This document shows positions 52,793 to 64,000 of a stretch of 64,000 nucleotides of DNA, in pieces. Numbering within the stretch: position 1 is the first letter of the stretch; every line of letters starts with the position of its first letter. Made by a program: the position numbers and the translations under genes. Below the pieces are notes generated by a model, which was not told the DNA's origin, made no database searches, and saw only the letters and a list, made by a program, of their open reading frames with translations. This DNA comes from the human T2T-CHM13v2.0 reference genome, Homo sapiens. The DNA is taken from the NCBI RefSeq assembly GCF_009914755.1, contig NC_060944.1; one strand, given 5' to 3'.

Positions 52793-54424
52793 GATATTTC
52801 TTGCTGGAATTCAGGGTGAAAAATGCCTGAAAGTCCTAACTACCCTGGACCTATAACAGCTCACATACTTGTGAATTGACCTTCCGTGAAGATGATAAAT
52901 TTTAAATGACAAATGACCCACACTGAGCCTGTGTATCAAGGTTTCTTAGTAAATTAGACAAAAATGTGTCCCTTTTGGATCTGCCAGGGAAAGGCCCCTT
53001 TTCATTCTGACCAGTGACCAAATTCACCTTAATGGCCATTGAGTGAGCAAATCTCTGGCCTGGTCTCACTTCACAAAATAAGACAATGGATTGAGCTCAG
53101 GAATAAACACCTACTTTTATGTTTTAATGTCCCAATGTATATGATTCTGTATATCAGAGCCTAAAATCTTTCTAGTGGATTTTCCTTCAGTGGAAACTTG
53201 TAATAAAATTATTTCATTTGTAGGGGGAAAAAGGGAAAATGAAGCACAATTTGAGATGATTTAAAATGTTTCTCCAGCTCTAGGAAACCTGCTTTGTTCA
53301 ACATATTTCCCCAGATAAAGATGCCGGGACGTAGAGTATTTTTTCTGTTTTTATGGGAGTCAAGGATTAGAGATTTGGGAGAGGTAATGAAGAGTAGAAG
53401 GGCTATCAGCTCTTCTACCTTTTTTGAGTGTGCAGGGGCTATGGGAGACTGGGCCCTCAACCCAGGGTGTGCCTGGGGAAGAGGCAGGGATTTGTGGAGC
53501 TGTGCTCTAAGAAGAGATTGACGAGCATGGAATTTTACAGCCTATACTGAGGAAAATCAGTGGAAGAGTTGTACCTTATAAGAAAGAACTTGCACAGTTG
53601 ACATTGAGAGCAGAATCATTTGTACAGTCTCGCACGGCTGCATTGCCGTATCAGGTTACTGGATAGATGAAGTTATAATGAGATTAGAATAACCAAGACA
53701 CTAATATCCTGCTAGTTCATGAATATTTAGTAGATCCTCTCAGGCCAACATCTTACCCTGTTTGCATTCTATCCCTGAAAGAATCAGAGGGTAACTTGTA
53801 CCTAAAAGCCCATTAGAGAAGATTTTCTATAGAGATGTTGCACTTAGCCTGGGGATTTTAAGTTTTGGTCTTCATGGTGTCAGATTTTAAGAATCAGGAA
53901 AAGGAATGGCCTAATTTTGCCTTTCAGGACTTACATAGAATAAAGGAAAAAATCTGGACAACAAAAACAGAAAGACGCCAGGCCCCATCTCTCTGTGACT
54001 AAAGCGTAAATATTTAAGCTTTGCTGCTCTCTAACTCGGGAATCTTGGACTGGGGAATAGGCCATTATCTGGGTTACACTTTAAAAGGCTTTCCTTTCTT
54101 CCATCCATTCTGGGGTCCTTAATCACAGCTCAGGTCTCCCTTGAGGTTACCCTGTGCACTGGTCTCAAAAGTTCATTCCCAAAGTGCTGACCTCTCAGGG
54201 GAGACCCTTCACTGTCAGGGTGGGCTTTCAAAGGGAGGCATCAGTGCTTGCCCTGAGACGTGAGGCCTACTGTGCCCTGGGCCTGACGGTGTGATGGCCT
54301 GAACATTGCTGGCCTCCAGCCAGGTCTTTTCTGAGACGCCTGTGCTCTTGCCAAACAGTTGTTAAAAGTCTTGAATCTCAATTCCCACTTTCAGGGTCTC
54401 CAAGGTCTTATACATTTTAACTCC

Positions 54425-55860
54425 AAAGTATTTACTGAGCCCTACTCCATCCAAGACACAGCTGCAGGTCCCAAAAATACACTGGGCAGCAAAACAGACC
54501 CAGCCTCACCCGTCATGGAGTTCAGAGTCCAGTAGAAGAGACGTACCAAATAATCGCAAAAACAAAGAGATTATTTCAACCATCGTGAGTGTTGGGAAGG
54601 AAAGAGACAGAGAGTTATGGGAACCTAGAATGGGAGGAGACAGACCTACACAGGAGGTCAGGGTCAGCTTGCCTGAGGAGGGAGATCTGATGGGCGCCTA
54701 TAAGTTAACTAGGCAAAGACAAAGATCACAGAGGTGTGGAAGGGTGAAGAGGGAGCTTCCAGCAGTGGAAACTGCGTTTGCGAAGGCCCCATGGCAGGAG
54801 CGGGCAAGACAGGGTGGATGTCAGGGACTGAAGGGAGCCTGTCTGGGTGGAGAAGAGACGGTAAGGCTGAGAATGGTGAGGGTGAGGCCAGACCACCCAG
54901 GCCTTGCTGTCCATGTTAAATATTCACCTTTCACAGAATGGTAAGGGAAAGCCATTAAGTATGTTAAGCAGAGGTCAGAAAGTAGGTGAGGGTGGGAGGG
55001 GGAAGAGCAGGGAGGCTGGAGGTTTACTCAGCAAATACTTCTTGAGCATCTAGGATGAGGCAGGGGTCAGAAGTGAGCCAAAAGCTTCCCTTTGCAGAGG
55101 TCATGTTGTAGTGGAAGGAGGTGCACATTTATCAACCAGATGCCTAAGTGTAGTGAGGACGTGACAGGGTGCTATGCAGGAAAATAAAGCAGGAAGAAAG
55201 TTAAGAGTGAATGCAACCGGGGTGCATGCTGAGGGTCCAGAGAAGACCTCGCTGAGAAGGTGACCTTTGAGTAGAGACTTAGGTGAGCCTTGCATATGTC
55301 TGGTGGAAGGGCACTCCAGGAACCGGGAATAGCAAAGGCAAAGGGCCCTGAGTCAGGAGCACGTCTGCCAGATGCCAGGAACAGCAGGCAGGCCAGTGCA
55401 AATGGAGCTCAAGAGCAAAGGGAAAGGAATAGCAGGTGGGATCAGGGAGGTGACAGGGAACCTGGGCATGAGAATGTTGGTCTGTTGAAAGGGCTTGGGG
55501 TTTTATTCTGAAATAGGAGCCACAAGAGGGTCCTGAGGAGGGATAAGGTCTGCCGCAGGTTCTAAGTGGATTCCACTGGCTGCAGATGGAGAAAGGACTG
55601 TGGATGGGAGGCATGGGCTGGGGCAGGGAGACCAGCAGGGAGGCCAGGTGGAGGTGATAGTGGCCTGAGCCAGGTGGTCAGAGTGATGGGGGTGAGGGGC
55701 TCTGATGCTGCCCATCTTGCAGGTAGAGCTGGCAGGATTTGCTGGCAGATGAGAAGTGGAGTGGGGAAGAAAGAGAGGAGTAGAGGATGACTCCCAGGTG
55801 ATGGCCTGAGAGCTGGGAGAGTGGGGCTGCCATTTAGAGATGGGGAAGACTGAGGAAGGA
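54425..55860 (-). mobile_element. Two tandem L2 3' fragments
   Basis: aagtatttactgagc at about 54427 and cagcaaatacttcttgagcatct at about 55030 are antisense L2 3' ends; ggaatagcaaaggcaaagggccctgag motif. Confidence 0.78.
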
Positions 55861-56399
55861 CTGTGCTCAGATAAAGCCCCTCTGCCAACTGCAAGAGACA
55901 CAGGGCAGCAGGGACAGAGTGACGGAGTTAGGAGATGTGTCACAGTCCTCCAAGGAAGAACATGTCTCTCTGGAATTTGTTGGTCTGATGATCTGCTTTT
56001 TGCTGAAATGACCAGGCTAATGGTGTTTTCGGGACCTGCTGTTAACCATGGAGCTGGGTCGTGAGCTGTATATAGTTTATAAAAATAATTCAACCTTCCT
56101 GTATCCTATGACACATTTTATATCAGAGAATCATAAAAAATCCTTTTTATTGAAAAATTTTGTTTAATAAATGGGGCACATGTTATCACTTAGCCAAATC
56201 AATTATCTCCTCCAGACATTTGTATCTTTATGAAAAGACAGACTTCTTTTGACTTTAATGGCGATGATGTCATCTCACCTGCAGCAATAGCGCAATTTTA
56301 GGCATTTGGAGAAAGAGGAAAGAAGAAAAGACAAATAACAGAAGTGGTAGGATTTTCACAAAGATAGTCATACATTCACTAGGAATTCAGCCTAGAGCC

Positions 56400-56690
56400 T
56401 AGTCACTTTGTGACCAAGAAGTGGGTCATAACACTAATTTGATGAGTTTGAACCAACACTTTAAACAATTAGAGAGCATAAATGGATTGGAAACTATCAG
56501 GGCGCATTACATAGAGTAAGGCCATGTGTTATCTTGTACAAATTTCATTTTGATTTGTGTAGGCATTTGTGTGTGTGTGTGCGTGTGCACATGCGCGCGT
56601 GCGCTGGTGCATGTATGCATACTGGGGTCAATGTAAAATGTATTTCTTTTATTGTAGGTCATTCTTCAAAATGTTTGAAAGTCACCAGAC
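56400..56690 (+). mobile_element. hAT-Charlie MITE (MER112-like), copy 3
   Basis: agtgggtcata...tatcagggcgcattacatagagtaagg...actggggtcaatgtaaaatgtatttct...gtttgaaag. Confidence 0.6.
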
Positions 56691-57089
56691 TAGAAACCCT
56701 TGATAGTTCATGAGAGGTTCTTCTACAATGGGCTGTGCCCTTCTCCGTTAGAGAGAGGGTTAGCTTTACCAAGTAATAGTGCTGGCTTTTTCTGTGCTAA
56801 AGAAAAGGCATTGAGCTGATTTATTCCATTCCAGAAAGTTCCCATAATCTAAGAGGCAAGCAGGCAAAACTAACGGCAAATTTCTCCAAAGTGGTGCCTT
56901 TTTCAGTAGTGATTTTCAAAGCAAGATGTTGGCATGACAGTTGCTGAGACTATCATGAAAAATGTTAGCAGAGGCAGTGAAAAATGTAGGACCCATCATG
57001 AGACACCGAGAGAAGGCCCTAACAGACTACATCCTTTAGGTAGGTTCAGCCCTTCCGTAATCTACAAGGCCCTGGCCCCACCTCCAGCC

Positions 57090-58180
57090 AGGTCACACCC
57101 TAGCTTGGCCACCCCGCCCCTTCCGCCCCCACCCTTCCCCGGCCTGACCCCGCCCACAGCTTGGCTCCTCCCCCATGGCCCAGCCTCCTAGACTGACCCC
57201 GCCTCCTCGCTGGCCACACCCCTAACCGGTCCCACCCCTAGCCTGGCAAACACATTTTTAGCTAAAGTAGACCCTGCCAGTTTTCCAAAGGGCTCAGAGG
57301 GCACTTCAGTCTCCTCTTTCTGTACAGATGAAACCTGGTAGGAATGCTTGCATTTCCGCCCCAGCCGCCTCCTTTCCTGACGCCCCGGAGGCCTCCTCGT
57401 AGTGTATTTGGGACAGGCAGACTCCGCATCACTCAGTAGATACCTACCGAGATCTACTCTGTGCTCAAGATCCAGGTCCCGGCCCCAGCGGTGAAGGAAG
57501 CGGGCAAAGCCCCCTCCCTCTGAGGTGACGTCTCCAGGGCTGGTCACAGGGACTCCAGGGCCACGAGCACGTGGGTGACCACTCCGCGGATTATCCCACC
57601 TCAGTCGTAAGCTCGTGGGGCCCCTCCCAGCTTTCTGGGTGGTTTCTGTCCCCTTGAGGCGATTTACAACCCAAGTCCAGAGAGCGAGAGGTTGATGGGG
57701 GGCCTGGCCCGCCCCTATCTCAGGGAGGCAGGAACTGCTTAGAGCTCCGTGCGCGTGGGACCCATGGCTCTGACAAAGTCTTGGACAAACACTGCTTCCC
57801 GATCCTTCTCACCCGGTCGCCTCCTGCCTACAGCATCTGCGGACGCTCAGCCCCAAGAGATGCGAGCTGCTCGGGGACCGCCCTGAGTTTCTGAGAGTCC
57901 TGGGGCGATGGCACCTGGGTCCTGTGCAGATGGCACTGGGGAGTCTCGAAGGCTTCGACTCGGGCTGAGCGTGGGGGTGGGCGCGGGGGATGCTCAGTCC
58001 TGACCCCACCACCGCGGCCCGGAGGACATAAGACGGGGGCTGTGTCCCCTCAGAAAGAGACAGCAGGTCCCGCTGTGTGCCCACGCTGGGAAGAGACGGT
58101 CCAGCCTCCACCAAGTGGAAACCTGAGCCCAGAGGAATGGCCCTGCCCCTTCCGCTCGACCTGGCCAGTCCTGTCTGTGG
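57090..58180. promoter_or_regulatory. CpG-island-like region with clustered GC boxes (promoter or enhancer candidate)
   Basis: Repeated CCGCCC boxes at 57112-57155, many CpGs across 57340-58180, CACGTG at about 57568, TGACGT at about 57526. Confidence 0.5.
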
Positions 58181-58329
58181 GTTTCCATTGTCAGCCATGA
58201 AGGGGAATTGAGACTCACAGGTGGGGTTAAGCCGAGTGACGGGAAGGTTAATTCTGGATGCACAGGGAATCTGAAGATGGAATTGTGAAACATTCATGGA
58301 TTTGCCCCAGTATTCCAGCCAACCATGCC

Positions 58330-58772
58330 TGTGTGGGTGTGTGTGGGGTGTGTGTGTGGGGGGGTATGTGTGATGTATGTGTGTGTGTGTGTGTGGTGTG
58401 TGTGGCATGTGGGTGTGTGTGGTGTGGCGTGTGGGGGGGTATGTGTGATGTATGTGTGTGTGTGGTGTGTGTGTGGGGGAGTATGTGTGACGTATGTGTG
58501 TGGTGTGTGTGGGGGGTATGTGTGATGTATGTGTGTGGTGTGTGTGTGGCATGTGGGTGTGTGTGTGGCGTGTGGGTGTGTGTGTGTGGAGGGGTATGTG
58601 TGATTGTGTGTGGTGTATGAGTGTGTGGCTTGTGGGTGTGAGTGTGTGGCATGTGGGGGTGTGTGTGGTGTGTGTGTGGTGTGGGAGGAAGTGTGTGATG
58701 TGTGGATGTGTGTGGTGTGTGGCGGGGAGTGTGTGGTGTGTGTGTGTGTGTGTGGCGGGGGGGTGTGTGTTG
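58330..58772. repeat. TG-rich low-complexity minisatellite
   Basis: Recurring gtgtgtgtgggggg tatgtgtgatgtatgtgt units; source of the spurious 339-aa H/T-rich ORF. Confidence 0.93.
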
Positions 58773-58834
58773 GGGTTGACTGTGTATAGTTCCCTGATTA
58801 ATGATTCCTGCCTCCTAGCCTGATTCAACGGATG

Positions 58835-59035
58835 GAGCCAAATGGCCTAGTGGTTAAGAACATGGTCTCTGGAGCCAAACTGCCCCACTAAGCAGGTGCC
58901 TTGAGCACTCTGCCTCAGCTTCCCCATCTGTAGCATGGGGAGCTTAGTAATAGTGCTGTGTCTCATTGGGTTGGTGTGAGGACTAAGTGAGATCATAGAT
59001 ACAGGGCATGGGGAATAGTGCCCGGCGTGTGCCAG
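58835..59035 (+). mobile_element. MIR SINE
   Basis: tagtggttaagaacatggtctctggagccaaactg...ctctgcctcagcttccccatctgta. Confidence 0.82.
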
Positions 59036-59289
59036 CTCCCACCACTCTGCAAAGAGGACACGTCCTACCTCCCCATAGCCAACTCACACCCAGCAGCTCC
59101 TGCATGGACGTGGTGCTATTCTCTGGGGACCTGCATGCACCTGACTTCAGCCTGGCCTTCAGGGGTCATTCTCCGGGTGAACACAACCTGGTTCATATGT
59201 AAAGGAATTTTAGCCCTAAGAAGGTGTCTGCTAGGTCCCCACTGATGAGCACCCCAGACGGAGTGATCTCAGGTCAAACGTCCCTTTCA

Positions 59290-59615
59290 GAAGAGAATGT
59301 GGCAGGAACAAGAAAGATTTCAAATGCTTATGCCCTGGACCCAGCACCTCCCCCTCTCCAGCTGTGCCCTGGAGGATCCTCCACCCACGTCCATGAGGAG
59401 ACGTGGACCTGCAGGGCTGTTTGTAATGGCAGAAAATTGGAACCCACCAGAACGCCCATCAACACAGAGGGGCCAAAGCCAACCCTGGTGGAGCCTCCCC
59501 AAGGAACACTGGGCACAGTGAGGAATGAGGCAGAACCTCATGCACAGCCATCGACGGGGTCTGGGCTGCCCGGTGTGAAAAGGCAAAATGCAGGAGGATG
59601 CAAACAATGTCTACA
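59290..59615 (+). mobile_element. L1ME 3' fragment (GC-shifted)
   Basis: gacccagca...ctgtttgtaatggcagaaaattggaa...gcccatcaaca, the L1 ORF2-end skeleton. Confidence 0.55.
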
Positions 59616-59736
59616 TTCACCCACATAAACACACACACATATGGACCTAGACATAAATTCACCCATATAAACACACACACGGACATAGACATAAATTCAC
59701 CCATATAAACACACACACATATGGACACAGACATAC
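59615..59736. repeat. Tandem repeat, 3 x 38-42 bp
   Basis: attcaccca(c/t)ataaacacacacac(atat)ggac-agacata repeated three times. Confidence 0.9.
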
Positions 59737-59859
59737 ATGTATTTCAAAACCCCTCAAGAGCATTCTATATAATACATGAGATGGACTGGAACACTTATAT
59801 AAATACATCAACTGCCCGAAAGCCTCTAGAGTCCACTCCAAGCCCAGGCTGCACAGACC

Positions 59860-60238
59860 TGGCCCTGCCCAGCTGTTCTCTGATCCCCACTTCTCCTGTC
59901 CTCCCTGCCCTGCTCCTGCCATTCCCCAAGTGCCACCCACCAGCCACCATGCCCTGGAAATGCAGCATGTTCCCGCTTTAGGCTGCTGCTCCTGCTGTCC
60001 CCTCTGGGGGACCAGTCCTCCTCCAGGTGACCCATGACAACCTCCTTCTGCTCAGATGCCACCTCCTGCCAGAGGCCTCCCCTGACCACCACCACCAGTC
60101 CCCACCCAGGTTCCTTCCATTTCTTACTCTGCTCTGTATTTTACTTATCATCTGCCTCATTCTCGGCAGAATGTACACTCCTTGGAGGTGATGGAGTGGC
60201 ACACAGTAGGTACTTAATAAGCATTTGTTGAATTAATT
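59860..60238 (+). mobile_element. L2 3' end
   Basis: ctgctcagatgccacctcctgccagaggcctcccctgaccacc...ggcacacagtaggtacttaataagcatttgttgaat. Confidence 0.8.
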
Positions 60239-60879
60239 TCTATATCTTATCTGAGTAACCACATAGACGACTGCATAGGAAAAGCCTCTGAGAGGACTCA
60301 TGCCCAACCCAGCAGTGATGATGTGTGGGCAGGCTGGTAGCCTGGGGGAGATCAATGGAGACCTGAGCTTGTCTTTAATGTCTTGGTTTTCTTACAGGGA
60401 AATACACTTATGTATTAATTGTGTCATGAAAATTAATTTTAATTTAAAAATCAATTTCATGCAATATCGATTTCACAATAAAGAAATAGATTTTTTTAGT
60501 TTCCTTGATGGAGATATTTGACACCAGGCACTTCGTCATTCAGAAAGAACCAGCTTCACAGTAAACAAATTTTGGTGCCTTAATAACAAGATCAGCAACA
60601 GCTACAATGCCTGCTCCTCCTGCTAACAGTTACGCAGGGCTTTGCTCATACCAAAGCTTTGCCTCTCACGACCTCTTTCGGTCCTCAGGACAATGAGGCA
60701 AAGTTGGAAGAAGATTATGACTGTTTCTCTTTTGCTGAAGGAGGTGGAGTGACTTTCTCCCTGCAATGGGTTCCTATTGAAGGATTACAGCAACAATTCA
60801 CCAGGCTCTTCTTCACCTGACCCTGAATCTCACAGCCCAGTAGCCCGTAGCCCTGACCCTGCCCCCAGCCCCAGCAGTG

Positions 60880-61282
60880 GGCTGTGACTGGCCTGATGCA
60901 GTCAGGTCAGCTCTTCCCACTCTCTGACCTTGACTGATTCAAGAATGGGCACCTGGCCCAAGGGGGCCAGTGAAAGGTAAGATGTTGCCTGGGCTCCCTG
61001 GCTTTTCCATGGTTTGCTCTGGGTAAGTTGGACGGGATGCAGCTCTTAGAACCACTGCAGCCTTCTCTGCTGCCATGAGAGAAGACAGTCTGAAAGCATG
61101 ACCCATGAGAGAGGAAGGAACCAAGAGAACTTGAGGGAAACTGAGCCACAGCCTGATCCAATCATTCCTGATGGTGTTTATCTCTGGGATTTTTGAAGGC
61201 TTGAGCCCACAAATTTCCCTGTTGGTCACACCTGTTCCCACTAAATTTTCTGTTCCCTGCAGCCATAGCTCTCTATCTGATT
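60880..61282 (+). mobile_element. Old MLT1 LTR
   Basis: gactgattcaagaatgggcac...cctgatccaatcattcctga...tgagcccacaaatttccct. Confidence 0.55.
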
Positions 61283-61597
61283 CTGACTCTCGTGTCGCAT
61301 GATAGTAAGGGGTAGATTATTAAACTAAGGCCTTCCCTGGCTGGCTCTTTGTGTGTAATACACACCTTCTCACAGCCAACCTGGTTCTTTACATCTAAAC
61401 TTCAGAGTCAGACGAGAGACCCTAGAGGTCATCTAGTGCAGCCCCTTAGTGTAACCCCTGAGCAAAGTGAGGCCTGGGAAGAAGTCGTGAGCCTGGATCA
61501 CAGGGCTGGACTTTCTATCCCCGATTGCTCCTGTTTTTAGGTTAACATGATCTAAGAGACCACCTGTGACAAGACAACCTGAGCTTCATGTGTCAAT

Positions 61598-61845
61598 GCA
61601 AACTCTGTATCTGCACACCCAAAATGAAGCAAAGTCTGTATCTGCAAACCCAAAATGAAGCAAAGTCTGTATCTGCACGCCCAAAATGAAGCAAAGTCTG
61701 TATCTGCACGCCCGAAATGAAGCAAAGTCTGTATCTGCACGCCCGAAATGAAGCAAAGTCTGTATCTGCACGCCCAAAATGAAGCAAAGTCTGTATCTGC
61801 ATGCCCAAAATGAAGGAAAGTCTGTATCTGCACGCCCAAAATGAA
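61598..61845. repeat. VNTR/minisatellite, 8 x 31 bp
   Basis: Consensus GCAAAGTCTGTATCTGCACGCCCAAAATGAA, eight contiguous copies with 0-2 substitutions each. Confidence 0.98.
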
Positions 61846-62970
61846 GTGGCAAACAATGGCAGTTGTAGATCAATCAGTGATAAAACCTCTCTGTCCCAAG
61901 TATCTGGATATAAACGTACTTTTGCTTTTCTTTGAAAAATTAGATGACAGGGCCTTTTTTGTAATTGATACTGTTTCTTGGGTATAGATTTTCAGTGTCA
62001 CCTTAAGTGCATATTTCTATCAAGAAATAAAAATACAAAATCTTAAAACAGAGCAAAGAAGAAATGTGAAATAATAACATCCATTTCATTCTGCCCCCAC
62101 TCCCTTTGGACTCTCTGACTATGCTGAGGTTTGGTTTTCATTTTATTTATTTTAATAATTTCTTCTTTCCTAACTTTTCCTAAAATAAGAACGCATAGAC
62201 TGAGATATACATTCTCCTGGTTTTCTAAAGCATGACTATGAGAGATGTATCCTAAATTGGAACTTTTTTCTACATGGTCGCATCCAAGGGTGAAGAAGGC
62301 AGGAGCCAGACATATTACAGCTTTGTTGAGCACAGTGGCAGTGTGCAAGTGAGAACAGGCTCTCAGAGTTTCACCTGGTGGAAAATGTTTATCAAGGTAA
62401 TAGCAGACCCGTCAAGACTGTGTTACTCTTGCAGTGACAGATTTTTATGGTAAAAATGACTGCAATTTTAGGCCACTGTAAAATGTCTTTGGTTTGTGCT
62501 GAGCTACAGACAGTAAGAGCTTATGTGATAGATACTCATTATCTGCCATCCTTCCAAGGAATTTTCACATTGACTTACTTCCTACAATCCCATCAGAACA
62601 GTTTAATACAAAAGCAATTTTTATAGTCTGGTGATTGGGAGAAGTCATCTTGTTAATCAATTTTTACCTGATAAGATAATGATGCAAAACACATTTTAAG
62701 AGAAATTTTAGAGAAATCACCCATGTGGTTGTAGTTACAGCAGATTTGAGAATGGGAGCTTTGGAATCAGGGATATGGGTGTTCGAATCCTGGCTCTACC
62801 ATGTACCTACCCATGTGACCCTAGGGAGGGTACTTACTTAAGGACATCACTCACTTGACAATGTCACGTAACTGAAGAGGTCACTTACCTGAGAGGTCGC
62901 TTCCCTTCGCTGAACCAATCCTCTCATTTCAAGGATTGTTGGGAAAGCTCAAAGTCAATATATCTTAAGA

Positions 62971-63135
62971 CCTTGCTTCTCAATGTATAGTCTGTAAACC
63001 AGCAGCCTCTTCATCACCTAGAGGCTTATCAAAAATGCAGAGTTTGGGATTCCATCCAAATCCTACCGAATGGGAATTCGAGTTTAGCAAGACCCCCAGG
63101 TGGTTTGTGAGCAAATTAAAGTGTGAGAAGCACTG
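62971..63135 (+). mobile_element. MER5A inserted in a MIR (MIR spans about 62740-63180)
   Basis: tgcttctcaa...accagcagc...catcacctag...aaaaatgcaga...aaagtgtgagaagcactg. Confidence 0.78.
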
Positions 63136-63212
63136 CCTTAAAGCACTTTGCATGTTGCTAGGTGAATGGCAGGGACTCAACATAGTCTGGCTATTGGTAT
63201 AGGTTCTTATTG

Positions 63213-63435
63213 TGTGTGACAGCTAATTTTGGGTCAACTTGACTGAGCCAGGGGATGCCCAGATATCTGATTAAACATTATTTCTGGGTATGTTTGTGAG
63301 GATTTTTCTGAGAGAAATTAGCATTTGAATTAGTAGACTGAGCATAGAGGCAGAACCTCCCCACTGTGGGGGAGCAACATTCAACCCACTGAGGATGACT
63401 GAATAGAACGAAAGGGCTTAGAAAGGTTGAATTCT
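63213..63435 (+). mobile_element. MLT2D-like ERVL LTR, 5' part
   Basis: tgtgtgacagctaatttt...gtcaacttgactg...gatgcccagatatctgattaaacattatttctggg. Confidence 0.85.
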
Positions 63436-63731
63436 GGCTGGGTGCAGGGGCTCATGCTTGTAATTCCAGGACTTTGGGAGTCCAAGGCAGGAAGATCACT
63501 TGAGGCCAGGACTATGAGAACAGCCTGGGCAACATAGGGAGACCCCATCTCTACAAAAAATAAACTTAAAAAACAAATCAGCGAAGTATGGTGGTGCACA
63601 CATACAGTCTCAGCTGCTTGGGAGGCTGAAGTGGGAGGATCACTTGAGCCCAGAAATTTGAGACTACATTGAGCTATGATCACACCACTACACTCCAGCC
63701 TGGGCAAAAGAGCAAGACCCCATCTCTAAAC
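63436..63731 (+). mobile_element. AluJ
   Basis: gatcacttgaggccagg, gggaggatcacttgagccc and gagctatgatc J diagnostics. Confidence 0.92.
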
Positions 63732-64000
63732 AAGAAAGAAAGAAAAGGGAGAGAGGAGGGAAGTAAAAGAAGGAAGGAAGGAAAGAAGGAAGGAAGGGGA
63801 AGGAGGGAGGGAAGGAAGGAAGAGAAGGAGGGGGTAGGGGAGAGGAGGGGAAGGAGGAAGGAAGGAAGTGGAAGGAGGGAGGGAAGGAAGGAAGGAAGGG
63901 AAGGAGGGGGCAGGGAAGAGGAGGGGAAGGAGGAAAGGAGTGAGGGGAGGGAGAGAGGGAGGATGAAAGGAAGGAAGGAAGGAAAAGGAAGGAAGGAGAG
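63732..64000. repeat. (GGAA)n/GA-rich simple repeat grown from the Alu tail
   Basis: Directly visible homopurine-rich tract running to the window end. Confidence 0.95.

Larger units (their letters stand above)
52010..52835 (+). mobile_element. hAT-Charlie MITE (MER112-like), copy 2, split by an MLT2 LTR
   Basis: gtgggtcttgaccacc...aaatgaaatagac...ctgggtca before the LTR; atatttcttgctg...aaaaatgcctgaaag after it. Confidence 0.5.

Noticed and set aside
57809-58828. 339-aa minus-strand ORF
   Set aside because: The H/T/P-rich half is the translated TG repeat, and the remainder resembles no protein I recognise.
61598-61845. CRISPR-like array (31-bp repeats)
   Set aside because: Units are contiguous with no unique spacers, there are no cas genes, and the context is primate DNA; it is a minisatellite.

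Overview
Primate (very probably human) non-coding genomic DNA. The evidence is many Alu (J/S/Y), L1, L2, MIR, MaLR/ERV LTR and hAT/Tigger/mariner MITE remnants, several with readable target-site duplications. I find no supportable cellular protein-coding gene, rRNA, tRNA, snRNA or CRISPR array. The only ORF recognisable as protein is a LINE-1 ORF2 C-terminal fragment (9959-10555); the rest of the ORF track is Alu-, simple-repeat- or chance-derived. The window reads as intergenic or deep intronic sequence with repeat-poor, motif-dense islands (about 39.7-42.4 kb, 45.2-48.4 kb, 57.1-58.2 kb) that look like cis-regulatory elements. Best leads: (1) a nested L1-into-L1 insertion at the homologous position that leaves an in-frame chimeric ORF2 tail; (2) an 8 x 31-bp VNTR that multimerises an MRE/XRE/KLF-like core in helical phase; (3) a POU/homeodomain palindrome module; (4) a GAS-kB-GAS composite; (5) a MADE1 hairpin nested in an MST LTR; (6) an orphan CpG-island-like promoter candidate. 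Repeat subfamily names are recalled from consensus sequences by eye and need RepeatMasker/Dfam confirmation; boundaries of old repeats are approximate. I cannot name the locus, and I see no convincing wholly new biological system.
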